Shown: in pieces, positions 10,598 through 21,500 of the stretch | Position numbering within the stretch: the first letter of the stretch is position 1 | Layout of the letters: each line of letters opens with the position of its first letter | DNA from: Alphaproteobacteria bacterium | GTDB lineage: Bacteria; Pseudomonadota; Alphaproteobacteria; SP197 | Assembly (NCBI GenBank): GCA_964291265.2 | Contig: OZ219747.1 | Location: forward strand, 3,648,001-3,712,000 | DNA: 64,000 nt | Direction: 5' to 3' | The notes under the pieces: model-generated | What the model saw: the letters and a program-made list of their open reading frames with translations, nothing else | What the model was told of the DNA's origin: nothing | Databases searched by the model: none | Made by a program: the position numbers and the translations under genes

Positions 10598-11398
10598 GTG
10601 CAGCGAGTCTAGCTGCTGTACTTGCGGGTGAAAGTCCCGCCGGCGCAATTGTCAGTTTGGCGCCGTAGCATATCCCACTGGTTCAGGGGCGACCTTGGAC
10701 CAGCGAGCTGGGACGTAGAAAGCCGTTGTGGGCTGGCTGGGACACAGTGCCCAGCCGGTTCGGTCAGCCAGGGCGGCGAGCAAACCGGAGGGCCGTAGCG
10801 AAAGCGAACGATTGGATGAAGCCACGAAATGATGCTCCCACACGAAGCTGATTTGTGGGGTGGTCGGGAATGCCAAGGGCGTGGATCCGGCCCGATGGCC
10901 AGAGTCGATGCGGAAGAACTGATGAGCACGCATCGGGTTCCCCGGGGTACAGACGGCGGCAATCCGGGACAGTACAGCAGTGAAAGGCCGGAAGGTGAGG
11001 AGGACAGACAGGATGAAGTGACCCTTGAATGTCAAGGACCGCGTCTATAACCAGGATTGGGAAAGGACGCGGAGTCCTCCTGACTGGCGGATGAGGTCGA
11101 GTAAGCGTTGACGGGCGGGACAACACAACCCGTCCCGAGCGAGGACCTCAGGGCTCAGGTGGCCTATGCGGCAGGTCAAGTCGGTACTCAGAGACCGGCA
11201 CCGACCGACAGACTGCAAGGTCGAAGGACGGAGCAAACGCAAGGAGATGCCGTGGGTATGGATGGGTCAGCCTTGACCATGGCGTGTCCGGCGGAAGGCT
11301 CCGCACCGAACTCCAAGTGGGTGCCTGATGCTTGAAGCCGTACCCGGGAAAACCGGACGTACGGAATTTTAGGGGGGCTGCTGGAAACGTGGTCTATG

Positions 11399-13348
11399 CC
11401 GAAGTTCCGGACGATTTCAGCGGCAGAGTCACGATAACCGGTTGATTGTGTTGGCAAAATAGCGCGATGATGGCGCGAGAATGTTCCCATGTAACGGCGA
11501 AGTTTTCCCTTGACACGGTGGGCTTACGCCCCCATATACGTTGCCATGTACGTAGACATCGTCCCCAACCGTAACTCACCCCCCGCCGTCCTCCTGCGAG
11601 AGGGATGGCGCGAGAACGGCAAGGTCAAGAAGCGCACCATCGCCAATCTCTCCTCCTGGCCCATGGAAAAGGTCGAGACCCTGCGGCGGTTCTTGAAGAA
11701 CGAACCCCTCGTCGGTCGTGACGACGCCTTCGACATCGTCCGCTCCCTACCCCATGGGCATGTCGCCGCGGTGCTGGGAACCCTGAAGAAGCTGGGACTG
11801 GACAGGTTGATCGACCCGAAGCCCTCGCCTGAGCGCGATCAGGTCCTGGCCATGATCGTGGCACGCATCCTCGAGCCCGCCTCGAAGCTGGCCACGGCCA
11901 GGGGGCTGGCCGAGGCCACGGCGGTCAGCACCCTGGGCGAGGTCCTCGATGCGGAGATGGACGAGGACGCCCTCTACGGCGCCATGGACTGGCTCCTGGA
12001 GCGTCAGGAGAGGATCGAGCGGTCCCTGGCGAAGCGGCGCCTCGAAGAGGGCTGCCTGGTGCTCTATGACCTGACCTCGGTATGGATGGAGGGGAGAGCG
12101 TGTCCCCTGGCAAGGAGGGGTCATTCCCGGGATGGCAAGAAGGGCAAGCTGCAGATCGAGTTCGGCCTTCTGTGCGATCGGGACGGCTGTCCAGTGTCGG
12201 TGGAAGTGTTCCCCGGCAACACGGCGGACCCCGGGACGGTGGCATCACAGATCACCACGCTGCAGGAGCGCTTCTCCCTGGCGAAGGTGGTGCTGGTGGG
12301 AGACCGGGGGATGCTGACCGAGGCGCGCATACGCGAGGAGGTGAAGCCCGCAGGCCTGGACTGGATCAGCGCCTTGAGGGGACCGGCCATCCGCGCCCTT
12401 GTGGAGGCCGGCGACGTCGAGATGTCGCTCTTCGACGAGAGGGACCTGGTGGAGATCACCAGCGATGCGTATCCCGGCGAACGCCTCATGGTCTGCCGCA
12501 ACCCCCTGCTGGCCGAGGACCGGGCCCGCAAGCGCCAGGAGCTGCTCGAGGCCACCGAGGCCCTGCTTGAACCGATCGCCGCAGCGACACGGCGCGACAA
12601 GCGCCGTCTCAAGGGTGCCGACAAGATCGGGGAGCGGGTCGGCAAGGTCATCGGTAAATACAAGATGGCGAAGCACTTCACGTGGTCCATCGACGACGAC
12701 GGTGTCTTCACCTATGGGCGCGATGAGGTTGCCATCGCCGCCGAGGCCAGGCTCGACGGCCTCTACGTGATCCGCACCAGCCTGCCGCAGAGCGAGCTCG
12801 ACGGTCCCGGCACGGTGCGCGCCTACAAGCGGTTGAGTTCGGTGGAACGGGCCTTCCGCAGCCTGAAGACCGTGGATCTGAAGGTCCGTCCCGTCTACCA
12901 CCGCACCGAACCCCGGGTCCGCGCCCATGTCTTCCTGTGCATGCTCGCCTACTACGTGGAATGGCACATGCGCCAGAAACTGAAGCCCATGCTGTTCGAC
13001 GACGAGGATGCCGAAGGCGCCGAGGCCCGGCGGCCGTCCGTCGTGGCGCCGGCAGAAGTCTCGGCGAGCGCCCGGGCCAAGGCGGCAACCAAGAGGACGC
13101 CCAGGGGTGATCCGGTGCACAGTTTCCGCACCCTCCTCGATGATCTCGCGACCATCACCCGCAACACCGTGGCGCCCCGCCTTGCGGGCGCCAAACCCTT
13201 CCAGGTCACCACGCGGCCCACGCCGCTCCAGAAAAAGGCCCTGGACTACCTCGGCATACGCCTGCAGCGTTCCCAGTAGCGACACACCCGATTTTTTCAA
13301 ACGTCAATACATTCATAACGATACGTCTGATCGGTTCTGGAACTTCGG
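11399..13348 (+). mobile_element. IS1634-family insertion sequence, copy 2, inserted in intron domain VI
   Basis: Same IRs and length as copy 1; TSD TCTATG at 11393-11398 and 13349-13354. Confidence 0.93.
11546..13279 (+). CDS. IS1634-family DDE transposase
   Basis: Near-identical to 1667-3400 (four amino-acid differences seen). Confidence 0.93.
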   Translation: MYVDIVPNRNSPPAVLLREGWRENGKVKKRTIANLSSWPMEKVETLRRFLKNEPLVGRDDAFDIVRSLPHGHVAAVLGTLKKLGLDRLIDPKPSPERDQVLAMIVARILEPASKLATARGLAEATAVSTLGEVLDAEMDEDALYGAMDWLLERQERIERSLAKRRLEEGCLVLYDLTSVWMEGRACPLARRGHSRDGKKGKLQIEFGLLCDRDGCPVSVEVFPGNTADPGTVASQITTLQERFSLAKVVLVGDRGMLTEARIREEVKPAGLDWISALRGPAIRALVEAGDVEMSLFDERDLVEITSDAYPGERLMVCRNPLLAEDRARKRQELLEATEALLEPIAAATRRDKRRLKGADKIGERVGKVIGKYKMAKHFTWSIDDDGVFTYGRDEVAIAAEARLDGLYVIRTSLPQSELDGPGTVRAYKRLSSVERAFRSLKTVDLKVRPVYHRTEPRVRAHVFLCMLAYYVEWHMRQKLKPMLFDDEDAEGAEARRPSVVAPAEVSASARAKAATKRTPRGDPVHSFRTLLDDLATITRNTVAPRLAGAKPFQVTTRPTPLQKKALDYLGIRLQRSQ

Positions 13349-13441
13349 TCTATGGGAGAACTGCGACCCCGCCCGCAATCGAAAGAGCGGTGACGGACAA
13401 AGCCTCTGCCTACGGATGCGCGCGCCAGTGGCCTACCCGAC

Positions 13442-14067
13442 GGCGCGTTCGGGAGCGAGCGAGGTGAGGCACCAGGTGGTCTCGACACTGCGTTCTTTGG
13501 TCTTGCAGATCTCGCGTTCGCGCTCGATGCGGATGGCTTGGTGGCGACCGTGGAGAGCGGCGTAGCCGTCCCACTCGGCGCCGGAGATGTCGACCACGGC
13601 ACAGCGGCGGCGCTCGATGCGTCCGTGCCCCTTGTCGAGTGTCTCGAACGAAGCCGCGCCCTTGAAATCGATGGCCTTGAGATCGTCGAGCATGGTCTCC
13701 TGGTTATCCTTGATCGCCGTGATGACATAGTCGGCGCGGCGCTCGAGAAGCCGTTGCGCGGTCTCGTGCTGAGCGTGCATCGCGTCCAGGGTGACGATGC
13801 GGCCCGTGACGTCGATGCTGCTGGCGAGGTCCCGCACGGCGGGGATCTCGTTGCTCTTCGCGTCGACCTCGACCTGGCCGAGGACCATGCCGGTTCCGTG
13901 CTCGACCGCTGCGACCATCATCCGCCGCCCGTTTTTGGTCTGCCTGGAGGCGCCGCGGATGTCCTTGCCGTCCATGGCGAGCGGTGTGTCTGCACCGGCC
14001 TGCTGGGCCGTCCACAGGCCGATGGCGTGGTCCAGGGTCTCGGGCGGCAGGTTGGCGAGGATGGTGT
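13442..14067 (-). pseudogene. DUF4338-ISAs1 transposase fragment 2
   Basis: TILANLPPE...AMDGKDIRG...KSNEIPA...IVTLDAMHAQ...IKDNQ...KGHGRIERR...CLTSL. Confidence 0.9.
14055..14067 (+). repeat. att core, left copy
   Basis: GCGAGGATGGTGT. Confidence 0.85.
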
Positions 14068-14436
14068 AAGCACAAGATCAGTCCGTAACGACACCAACCG
14101 GCCAACGGCAACCAAGCGTCTTCTCTCACTTCCCGGCCCTTCTACAACAGGTTACGGGACAGTGCAAGAGAAATTTCGATCGCGCGAGAACAACGCGATG
14201 TCGTTCCGATGTCGTCGAACTGTTGCACTCGGGGAAGCAGCACGGCAACGACAGAGCTCTTGCCAGATCCCTCACGGCCGTCCAGGATGGCACAACAGCG
14301 ACACATCAGCGCGCCACAAGAACAACACAAGAAAGGGCCTCGATATCGCCATGCAGGATGAGAACAGGAGAATGTCACTCGTGATAGACCCTCGCACGGC
14401 GCATGTGTTTCCCCAGTCAACGCCGGTACCGGCGCC

Positions 14437-14775
14437 ATGACCGACCGCCGCCAGCACGCCGTCATGGCGACGGACGCCGAGTGGGAACGCATCACCCGGG
14501 CGGCCCGGGCGGCCGGCATGGAACTCTCCCGCTTCATCGTGCAGCGCACCCTGATGCCGGATGCCCTGCCGATGGAGGTGCTGCGGCGGGCCGTGCGGGA
14601 GGTGCTCGTCATGGCCCGCCTGGAAGAGCGGCGCCTGTGCGAGGCCGGCGCCGGGGAGGCCTGGGAGGAGGCCGGCGAGGCGGTCGACGCCTGGCTGGAG
14701 AGCGAGGGCGTCCTGGCGCGCCTGACCGATCCGGGAGCGGCCAACCGCTGGAAGGCGGCGGGAGACGGGGGATGA
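14437..14775 (+). CDS. Ribbon-helix-helix (MobC-like) protein 1
   Basis: RQHAVMATDAEWERITRAARAAGMELSRFIV. Confidence 0.7.
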   Translation: MTDRRQHAVMATDAEWERITRAARAAGMELSRFIVQRTLMPDALPMEVLRRAVREVLVMARLEERRLCEAGAGEAWEEAGEAVDAWLESEGVLARLTDPGAANRWKAAGDGG

Positions 14776-15065
14776 CGCGCCAGCTGAAGCGGCAGCGTTC
14801 CGTTCACTGTCCGCCCGAGGAACAGGAGATGATCCGCGGGAAGGCGAAGGCCGCCGACAAGACGGTGTCGGGCTACCTGCTCGACCTTGCCCGCAAGGAC
14901 GATCCGCAGATCCATCCCCTGGTGCTGTCGCCGGAGGATCAGCGTGAGTTCCTCGAGGGCACGAGGACCCTGCAGGAGGTGGCAAGCGCCCTGCGCCGGG
15001 AGCTTCCCGGCACGGAGGGTCTGACCCTCCTTGCGGCGGTGGCGGTGATGAGTCGATGGCGATGA
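14772..15065 (+). CDS. Ribbon-helix-helix (MobC-like) protein 2
   Basis: RQRSVHCPPEEQEMIRGKAKAADKTVSGYLLDLA; ATGA coupling. Confidence 0.7.
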   Translation: MTRQLKRQRSVHCPPEEQEMIRGKAKAADKTVSGYLLDLARKDDPQIHPLVLSPEDQREFLEGTRTLQEVASALRRELPGTEGLTLLAAVAVMSRWR

Positions 15066-15538
15066 GGCCGCGGCGGCGTCGCCGGAAGAAGCCGCCGTCG
15101 AAACACCTGACGGTCTCGGCGACGGACGACGAGTGGGAGATGGTGAGGTCGCAAGCGGCAGGCCGCGGGCTCTCGATCGCCCGCTATCTCGTGGGCCTGG
15201 CGGCCCGGGACGGGGCCGAGGGCGACAAGGGACCGCCGCTGGTGCTGGCCGGGGTTCAGCAGAGGGAGCTCCTGGAGCTCCACCGGGAGATCCTCTCGCT
15301 GCTGCAGGGCGATGAGGACACATCGTCGCTGATGGCCGACATCCAGGCGCGGGTCGCGGTGATGTTCAACCTGTGGGCGAAGGACATGATCGCCCGCGGC
15401 CGGGAAGATGATCTCCGGGCCGAGCTGGCCTCGATCCTCGGCGAGGAGCAGGCGGCCGCCGTCATGGCCTCCGTCAGGAGAACGACGACGGAGCGCCCGC
15501 GGGCCGCGGACACGGTCCAGCCGGATCTCTTTTCCTGA
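15062..15538 (+). CDS. Ribbon-helix-helix (MobC-like) protein 3
   Basis: KHLTVSATDDEWEMVRSQAAGRGLSIARYLVGLA; ATGA coupling. Confidence 0.7.
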   Translation: MRPRRRRRKKPPSKHLTVSATDDEWEMVRSQAAGRGLSIARYLVGLAARDGAEGDKGPPLVLAGVQQRELLELHREILSLLQGDEDTSSLMADIQARVAVMFNLWAKDMIARGREDDLRAELASILGEEQAAAVMASVRRTTTERPRAADTVQPDLFS

Positions 15539-15575
15539 ACGGCAGGGGATCATCGGGGGAGCATGAACCTCTTGC

Positions 15576-18500
15576 CTACATCGACAGGCCGCGGGACCGT
15601 CCACGCCTGCGGGCCTCGATCTCGCGGAGCGTCTCGGCCATGCGCCTCTCCCGCGCCGTCTCGTCATCCCAGGGGGCGCGTACGCATCCGCGCGTGAAGA
15701 GGGAGCGCATATCCTGGCGGATCGTCGAACCGGCTGCAGGCGCTCCCTGCATTCCCCAGGAGCGGACCACGCGGAGCGTCACCCCGTCTCCCACCACGTC
15801 GTTGACGCCGGGCTCGACGGCCTCGACGATCGCCTCGACCTGCGCGGTGTCGCCCTCGATTGGGGGCTGGACCGGGCCGGCATGCCGCACCATGGTCCAG
15901 CGTATCCTGTCGTCCGGAAGGACCCTCTCCTCGCAGGCGAAGGGGAAGGCGTCGTTGCGGACGGGATACTGCCGGTCGCGTTCCCGCTGGCGCAGCGCCT
16001 CGTCGGGCCACAGGAGGCGTCGGCAGGTGACGTTGCCGGCAAGGGGGCGGAGCGTCTCGGCGTGGAGACTGCGGGTCTCTGTGCCGCCGACGGGACGAAT
16101 GCGCAGGCGATCGATGACGTCGGGGCCGGTGACGTGGCTGACCATCTCGACAACCGCGTCGTGGCGGCCCTCTGCGTCGATCCAGCTGAGCCGGTCGCCG
16201 CGGAGCAGGGGCTCGGTCCCGTCCCAGCGGACACTGCGGGAGACGTCGAACGGCGCCTCCCGCAGCTGCCGCATGGCGGTGCGGACCTCGAGGAGGTGGC
16301 GGGTCCGGCCTGCCTCCTCGCGCACCGCGTCGTCCTGGGCCAGGCGTTCCGGGAGTGCCGCCACGATGTAGGCGAGGCGCCGGGGCGAAGCGCCCGCGGC
16401 GCGGATGTGGGCCTCCTGGTTCAGCGACCCTGCCTCCACGGCCTCCAGCAGCATCCGGGCACGGCGGCGCCAGGCGTCGGACAGCGCTGCGCTTCCCTGG
16501 AGGCCGGGTTGGAGAGCCAGGGCCTCCGCGACGAGCTCATGAACCCGCTGGCGTTCGCCGTCCCAGCCATCGAGCGTCTCGCGCCACGCGCCGACGGTGG
16601 TCCGGTCCTCCGCGGTGAGGCGCGGATCGTCCCGGAGCTGCCGCAGCACCTCGCGCAGGGGCGCCATGTGGGGCGAATCGAGGGGATGGCGATGATGGTC
16701 CCGCACCTCCCCATTGATGGCGTCTGCCCGGCGCACGAGAGCCCGCAGGCTGTCGCCGAGGAGCATGGCGTCGATGCGCTCGGCCTCGGTCTTGACGACA
16801 TCCCCGGCGCCCGCCATGTCGCGGGCCGGCAGGCCGTCGGCCTTCCACGCGCCGGGAAGCGCGCGACCTTCGGCCAGGAGCGCCGCGGCGTCGCGGCGCC
16901 AAAGGGGATCGCCCGGTTCCGCCGCCTCGCCCAGGCGGCCGGCGCGGCGGCGCCAGTTCGCGAGAACATCGAGGGCGGCGTCCGTCGCCATCCAGGAGGG
17001 CGCCGAGGCAAGACGCTGCCGGAAGGCATCGGGGGATGTTCCGAGGGCGCGAAGCTGCGCGGTGCGCTCGCCTTCGGGGATGGCGTCCATCGCCGCACCG
17101 GCTTCCTCTGCCGCCGCCGGGGCCGCGGCGCGCCAGGCCGCACGGTCGTCGCCTGAGCCGCCGAACGTGGGCCGGTTCGTCTCGGCCTCCGCGAGGCGGG
17201 CGAGGGCTTTGGCGAGACGGGCGCGGTCACGGCGCCAGCGCCTGTCGTCATCGAGCCGGCGGGTGAACGCGCGCACAGTTCCATCCGCCGGCGCGCCGTC
17301 GGCCACCGCCCCGGGGACCTCCTCGAGAAGGCCGGGCCAGTCAGCGAGGTCGCATGGGAGCCGCCCGGCGGCCTCGGCGCGGTCCTCGATCTCCTTCACC
17401 CGCTGCAGAAGTGCGGCGCGGTCCAGGGCTCTGAAGGTCGTCTCGATGGTTGCCGCCGCCGCAACGAGGTCGCGGCGGGCGTCGGCGAGGGCATCGAGGT
17501 GGCGGGCCTTCAGCGACCTGTCGGCCAACATCGCCCGGGCAGCCGTCAGCATTGCCGCCGCCTCGGTGCGCCAGGCCCGGGCATCGGGATGGTCCGCATC
17601 GGGATGGTCCGCCGCCGCAGGCGCCGGCCCCGTCTTCGCCAGGACCCGGGCCCTGGCGACGGTGGCCTCGGTCTCGCGGCGTTCCGCCTTCCACCTGCCG
17701 TCGGCGTCCCGCCAGTCGGCCATCAGGTCGCGCGTTGCCTGCGGCGTGCCCTCGTGTTCGGCGAGATCCTCCAGGGCCGCCAGGAGCCGGGGGTAGTCCG
17801 CCGCATCGAGGGGATGCACGCCGCCTTCCTCATGGGCCCGGTTGACGGACCGGGTGAAGGCGGCGAACGCCTGGCATGCGGCCGTCAACCGGGCTGCCTC
17901 GAGCTGCCTGATGACGCTGTCGACGGCGTCCCGGGCGCCCGCCATGTCGTCCGTGCGAGAGGGATGGGCGGCCCATTCCTCCACAAGCCTCCTGCCCTCC
18001 TCGATCAGGGCGTAAGCCCGTTCGACATCCTCCTGCGCGATGGTCGGACCCTCGCCGCCCTCGCGCAGCACCTCGGCGGCCCGCCCCGACCAGTCGTCGA
18101 GGCCGGCGAGGGCCGCGTCGGTGGCGCGCCACAGGGGCACGGCGCCGACCAGGGAAGCGAAGTCCTGTGCCGTCATGCCGCAGGCTGCGAGGTGGGCTCT
18201 GCGCTCGTGGTCGGCGAGGGCGACCACGGTCTCGAGGGCGCCGTCCAGGGCTTCGGCCCCGTTGCGCCACGCTCGGCGATCCGGCGCGTCGCCGCGGATG
18301 TCCGCGTAGCGGGGCCTTGAGCGTTCGAGGTCCCTCAGCAGGCCGACGGTCTCCGCCACGCGGCGGCGGTCGCGGCGCCAGCGCCCGTCGTCTGCCAGCC
18401 AGCGTTCGAGATGACGGCCCACCGGATCGCCGGGTGCGGCGGCATCGACGGCACGGCGGATCTCGCCCAGCGTGCCGAACCATTCCGCGAGATCGAGGGG

Positions 18501-21500
18501 CAGCCGGTCCTCGAGGCGGGCCCGGCCAGAGATCCCGCAGACCCGCCACAGCAGCGTGGCGCGGTCAAGCGCCTCCAGGCTCTCGACGACCTCCCGGCCC
18601 GCCGTCACGATCCCGTCGCGCTCCTCCAGCATGGCGGCGATGTACGGACCATGAGGACCGTCCGTGTCAAGGAGCGAACGCATGTGCCGCAGGTGAGCCT
18701 CCGCGTCGCGCCGCCACCGCGTGACATCGGCGTCCCCGGGATCGACCCCGCCCGCGCCATCGAGCGGCACGTGGTCTGCGAACCATGCCGCCAGCATGCC
18801 GGCTCTCTGACGCGCCGACCTGAAGTCGTCGACGAGAGCGGTCTCCGCGGCATGGCGCGCCTGCCAGGCGTCCACCGCACGGCGTTCCTCCGCCGTCAGC
18901 CCCGTGGACCGCGCCAGGGCCGCGCCGCGGCGGGAGATGTCCGCATGGTCCGTCAGGAGGGAGGCCGGCACGGCCTTCTCCCGCGACCGTTCGACCAAGG
19001 CCCGCCAGTCGCGGGCAAAGCGCGCGGCATCGTCCTTCAGCCGCACCTTCTCCACACCGGCAAGCGCGACCCCGAGGCGCCGACGGTCACCCTCCGGGAG
19101 TGCCGGCGCCTCCTCTCCGGCGAGCCGCCGCCGGGCGCTGTCGACAAGGGCCGTTCCCGCATCGCGCCACGTCCGCCAGGCCGGGCCGTCTCCTGCAGGG
19201 TGGCCTGTGGACCGGGCCGCCCATGCCAGTTCCGGCCAGCGCCGCGGCTGGTCCTGCAGGCCGGAGATGAGCTCCCGCACCTGGCGCTCCGCAGCACGGG
19301 ACGCTTCATGGGCTCCAAGGCGCTCGTCGACGAAGGCGCGCATCTCGGCCGGCAGGTCCTCGACCGCCGCGAAGGCGGCAAGGCGCGCCATCACCCCGGC
19401 ATAGGCCGGAACCGACGAGGGAGGCGAACCCGCCGCCTCCCGTTCCACCTCTTCCCAGGCAGCGACGACGGCGGCCCACGCCTCGGGATCGACGATCGGG
19501 CCGTCGAGATCCTCGCCCAGGGCCTCGAGCGCGGCGTCGGGCACGTCGGGCGAGGTCTCGAGACACTCGATCAGCGCCTCGCGGTCGTCCGTCAACAGGG
19601 TGAACCCCTGCGAGGCACGGCTCACCTCGACGTAGAACATCTCCCGGTTCGCCATGTGTCCGGCATCGAGGACGGCGATGACCTTCTTCGCCGTCTTCCC
19701 CTGGGCGCCGTGGACCGTGGAACTCCAGGCATGGTCGAGATGGCGCAGGTGGGGATCGCTGCGGGCCAGGGAGTACTCCGTGCCGTCGTCCGCCAGCAGC
19801 CGCACCCGCTCGGGCCCGATCGACAGCACGCGGGCTTCCTCGCCGTTGACCAGGGCCGGCGTGCGCCGCCGGGCCTTGCGGTTGCGCGTCCAGCGCACCC
19901 GGTCGCCGGCCCGGATCTCGATCTCCACGGTCTCGTGCACCCCGAGGTTGCGGGCGGCGTTGCCCGAGGGCCGGAAACGCCGTTCCCGGCCGTCGGCATG
20001 GTCGAGGACGACCCAGCCGTCGCCGACCCCGGTGATGGTGCAGACATCGTCGGCACGGCAACCATAGGCGTCGCGGTGGAAGACCACCGTGTCCCCCGGT
20101 TCGTAGTTGGCGAGAACCGAGGCCTCGATGCGGGTGTAGCGCCGGTCGACGAGGCGCCGGATGGTGAGCGTCCCTCCCGTCAGCACGCCTTCCTGCGCCA
20201 GGCCCTCGCGGATGGCCGCGTTGATCTCCCGGCGCACGGCATGGGTCGGGGCGAGGACGGCGCAGGCCTCCCGGTCCTCCGCCCCGAGGGCGAGCCACGC
20301 CCGGGCCGCTTCTGCCCCGAGATCCTCCACCCGGTGTTCCGTCACCCGGTTGGCGAGCCGCGTCATGGCCTCGCCGGCTTCGCCCTCGCGGGCCCGCACC
20401 ACCGCCTCCTTCAGGTCCGCATCCTCCTGGCGCAGCACCTCGTCCATCACCGCCGTCGCCATGCCGCGCTTCTGCATGAGGGCAAAGGGCTGGCCGGCGT
20501 CCACCGCCTTCAGCTGCGCCGTGTCGCCGACGAGCACCACGCGAGCGATACCAAGGGTTCCGGCCAGGGCGAGCAGCCTCTCCATCGCCACCGTGCCGAT
20601 CATCGAGGCCTCGTCCACCACCAGCACCCCGCCATCCATGTCCTCGCGGGCCCGCTCCAGGCGGTCGGGGTCCGAGAGATCGCCGTAGCGCACCAGGAAC
20701 CACTGAAGGGTGCGGGTCGAGACCCCGGCTCCCTTCTCCAGCACCCGCGCCGCGGCGGCCGAGGGAGCAAGGGCAATGAGCGGGCGCCCCTCCACGAGGC
20801 CCGCCACCTCCTTCAGCATCGTCGTCTTGCCGCTGCCGGCCCGACCCTGCACGCCCACCACCACATCGCCTGACCCCAGGACGTGACGCACCGCGTTCGC
20901 CTGCCCGGCGGTCAGCCTCGTCGCCGCAAGGCGGGCCGTCACCGTCTCTTCCGGGACCAGGGCGACGGCCAACGTCCGGCCCTGCCTCACCGCCTCCAGG
21001 ATGCGCCGTTCCGCCTTGACCGCCCGGTCGGTGACGAAGGAACGGTCCGAGCCCCGCAGGACCGTCTCCAGCAACTCCCCTTCCGCGACGAGGCGCTCGA
21101 TCGCCGCGTCGATCTCCTCCAGCCGGTAGCGGCCCGGCGCATGGCCCAGGACCAGTGCCCGGATGTCGCGAGCCGGGATCACCGTGCGTCTCTCCTCGAC
21201 GTGAGCCACCGCCCGCGCCACCGCCTCGAGGACGCCCGTCTCGGGCTCGGCGATGCGTTCCGCCGGAGCCGCGGGGCGGAACCGGCGCCGCCGCACCACG
21301 GTCTCCACCACCGGTTCGAGGTGCGGCGCCGCAGGCGACCGCTGCCGCCGCCGGCGTTCGTTCTTCGTCAGCCCCGCTTCCGGGTCCACCGGCAGCGCCA
21401 TCTCCCGGCCCGTCTCCGGTTCGACCGGCCTCGGCGGCCTGAGCGCCGCCTCGTCGCGCACAAGGCCCAGGGCGCGCGCCCGGGCGCGCCACTGTGGCAC

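Larger units (their letters stand above)
10598..13441 (+). ncRNA. ORF-less group II intron (~890 nt without the IS1634 and one TSD copy), antisense to its host transposase gene
   Basis: 5' GTGCA; 3' CCTACCCGAC; domain V AAGCCGTACCCGG-GAAA-ACCGGACGTACGG at 11335-11364; EBS1 GGATCCG (10883-10889) pairs with exon CGGGTCC; EBS2 GATGCT (10831-10836) pairs with AGCATC; removal restores ERA|GPE. Confidence 0.88.

Noticed and set aside
1520-13348. Composite transposon of two direct IS1634 copies carrying the DMFase genes
   Set aside because: Each copy has its own distinct TSD, so they inserted independently
17580-17611. 15-bp tandem duplication (GCATCGGGATGGTCC x2)
   Set aside because: In-frame micro-duplication (DHPDADHPDA) within the relaxase, not an array
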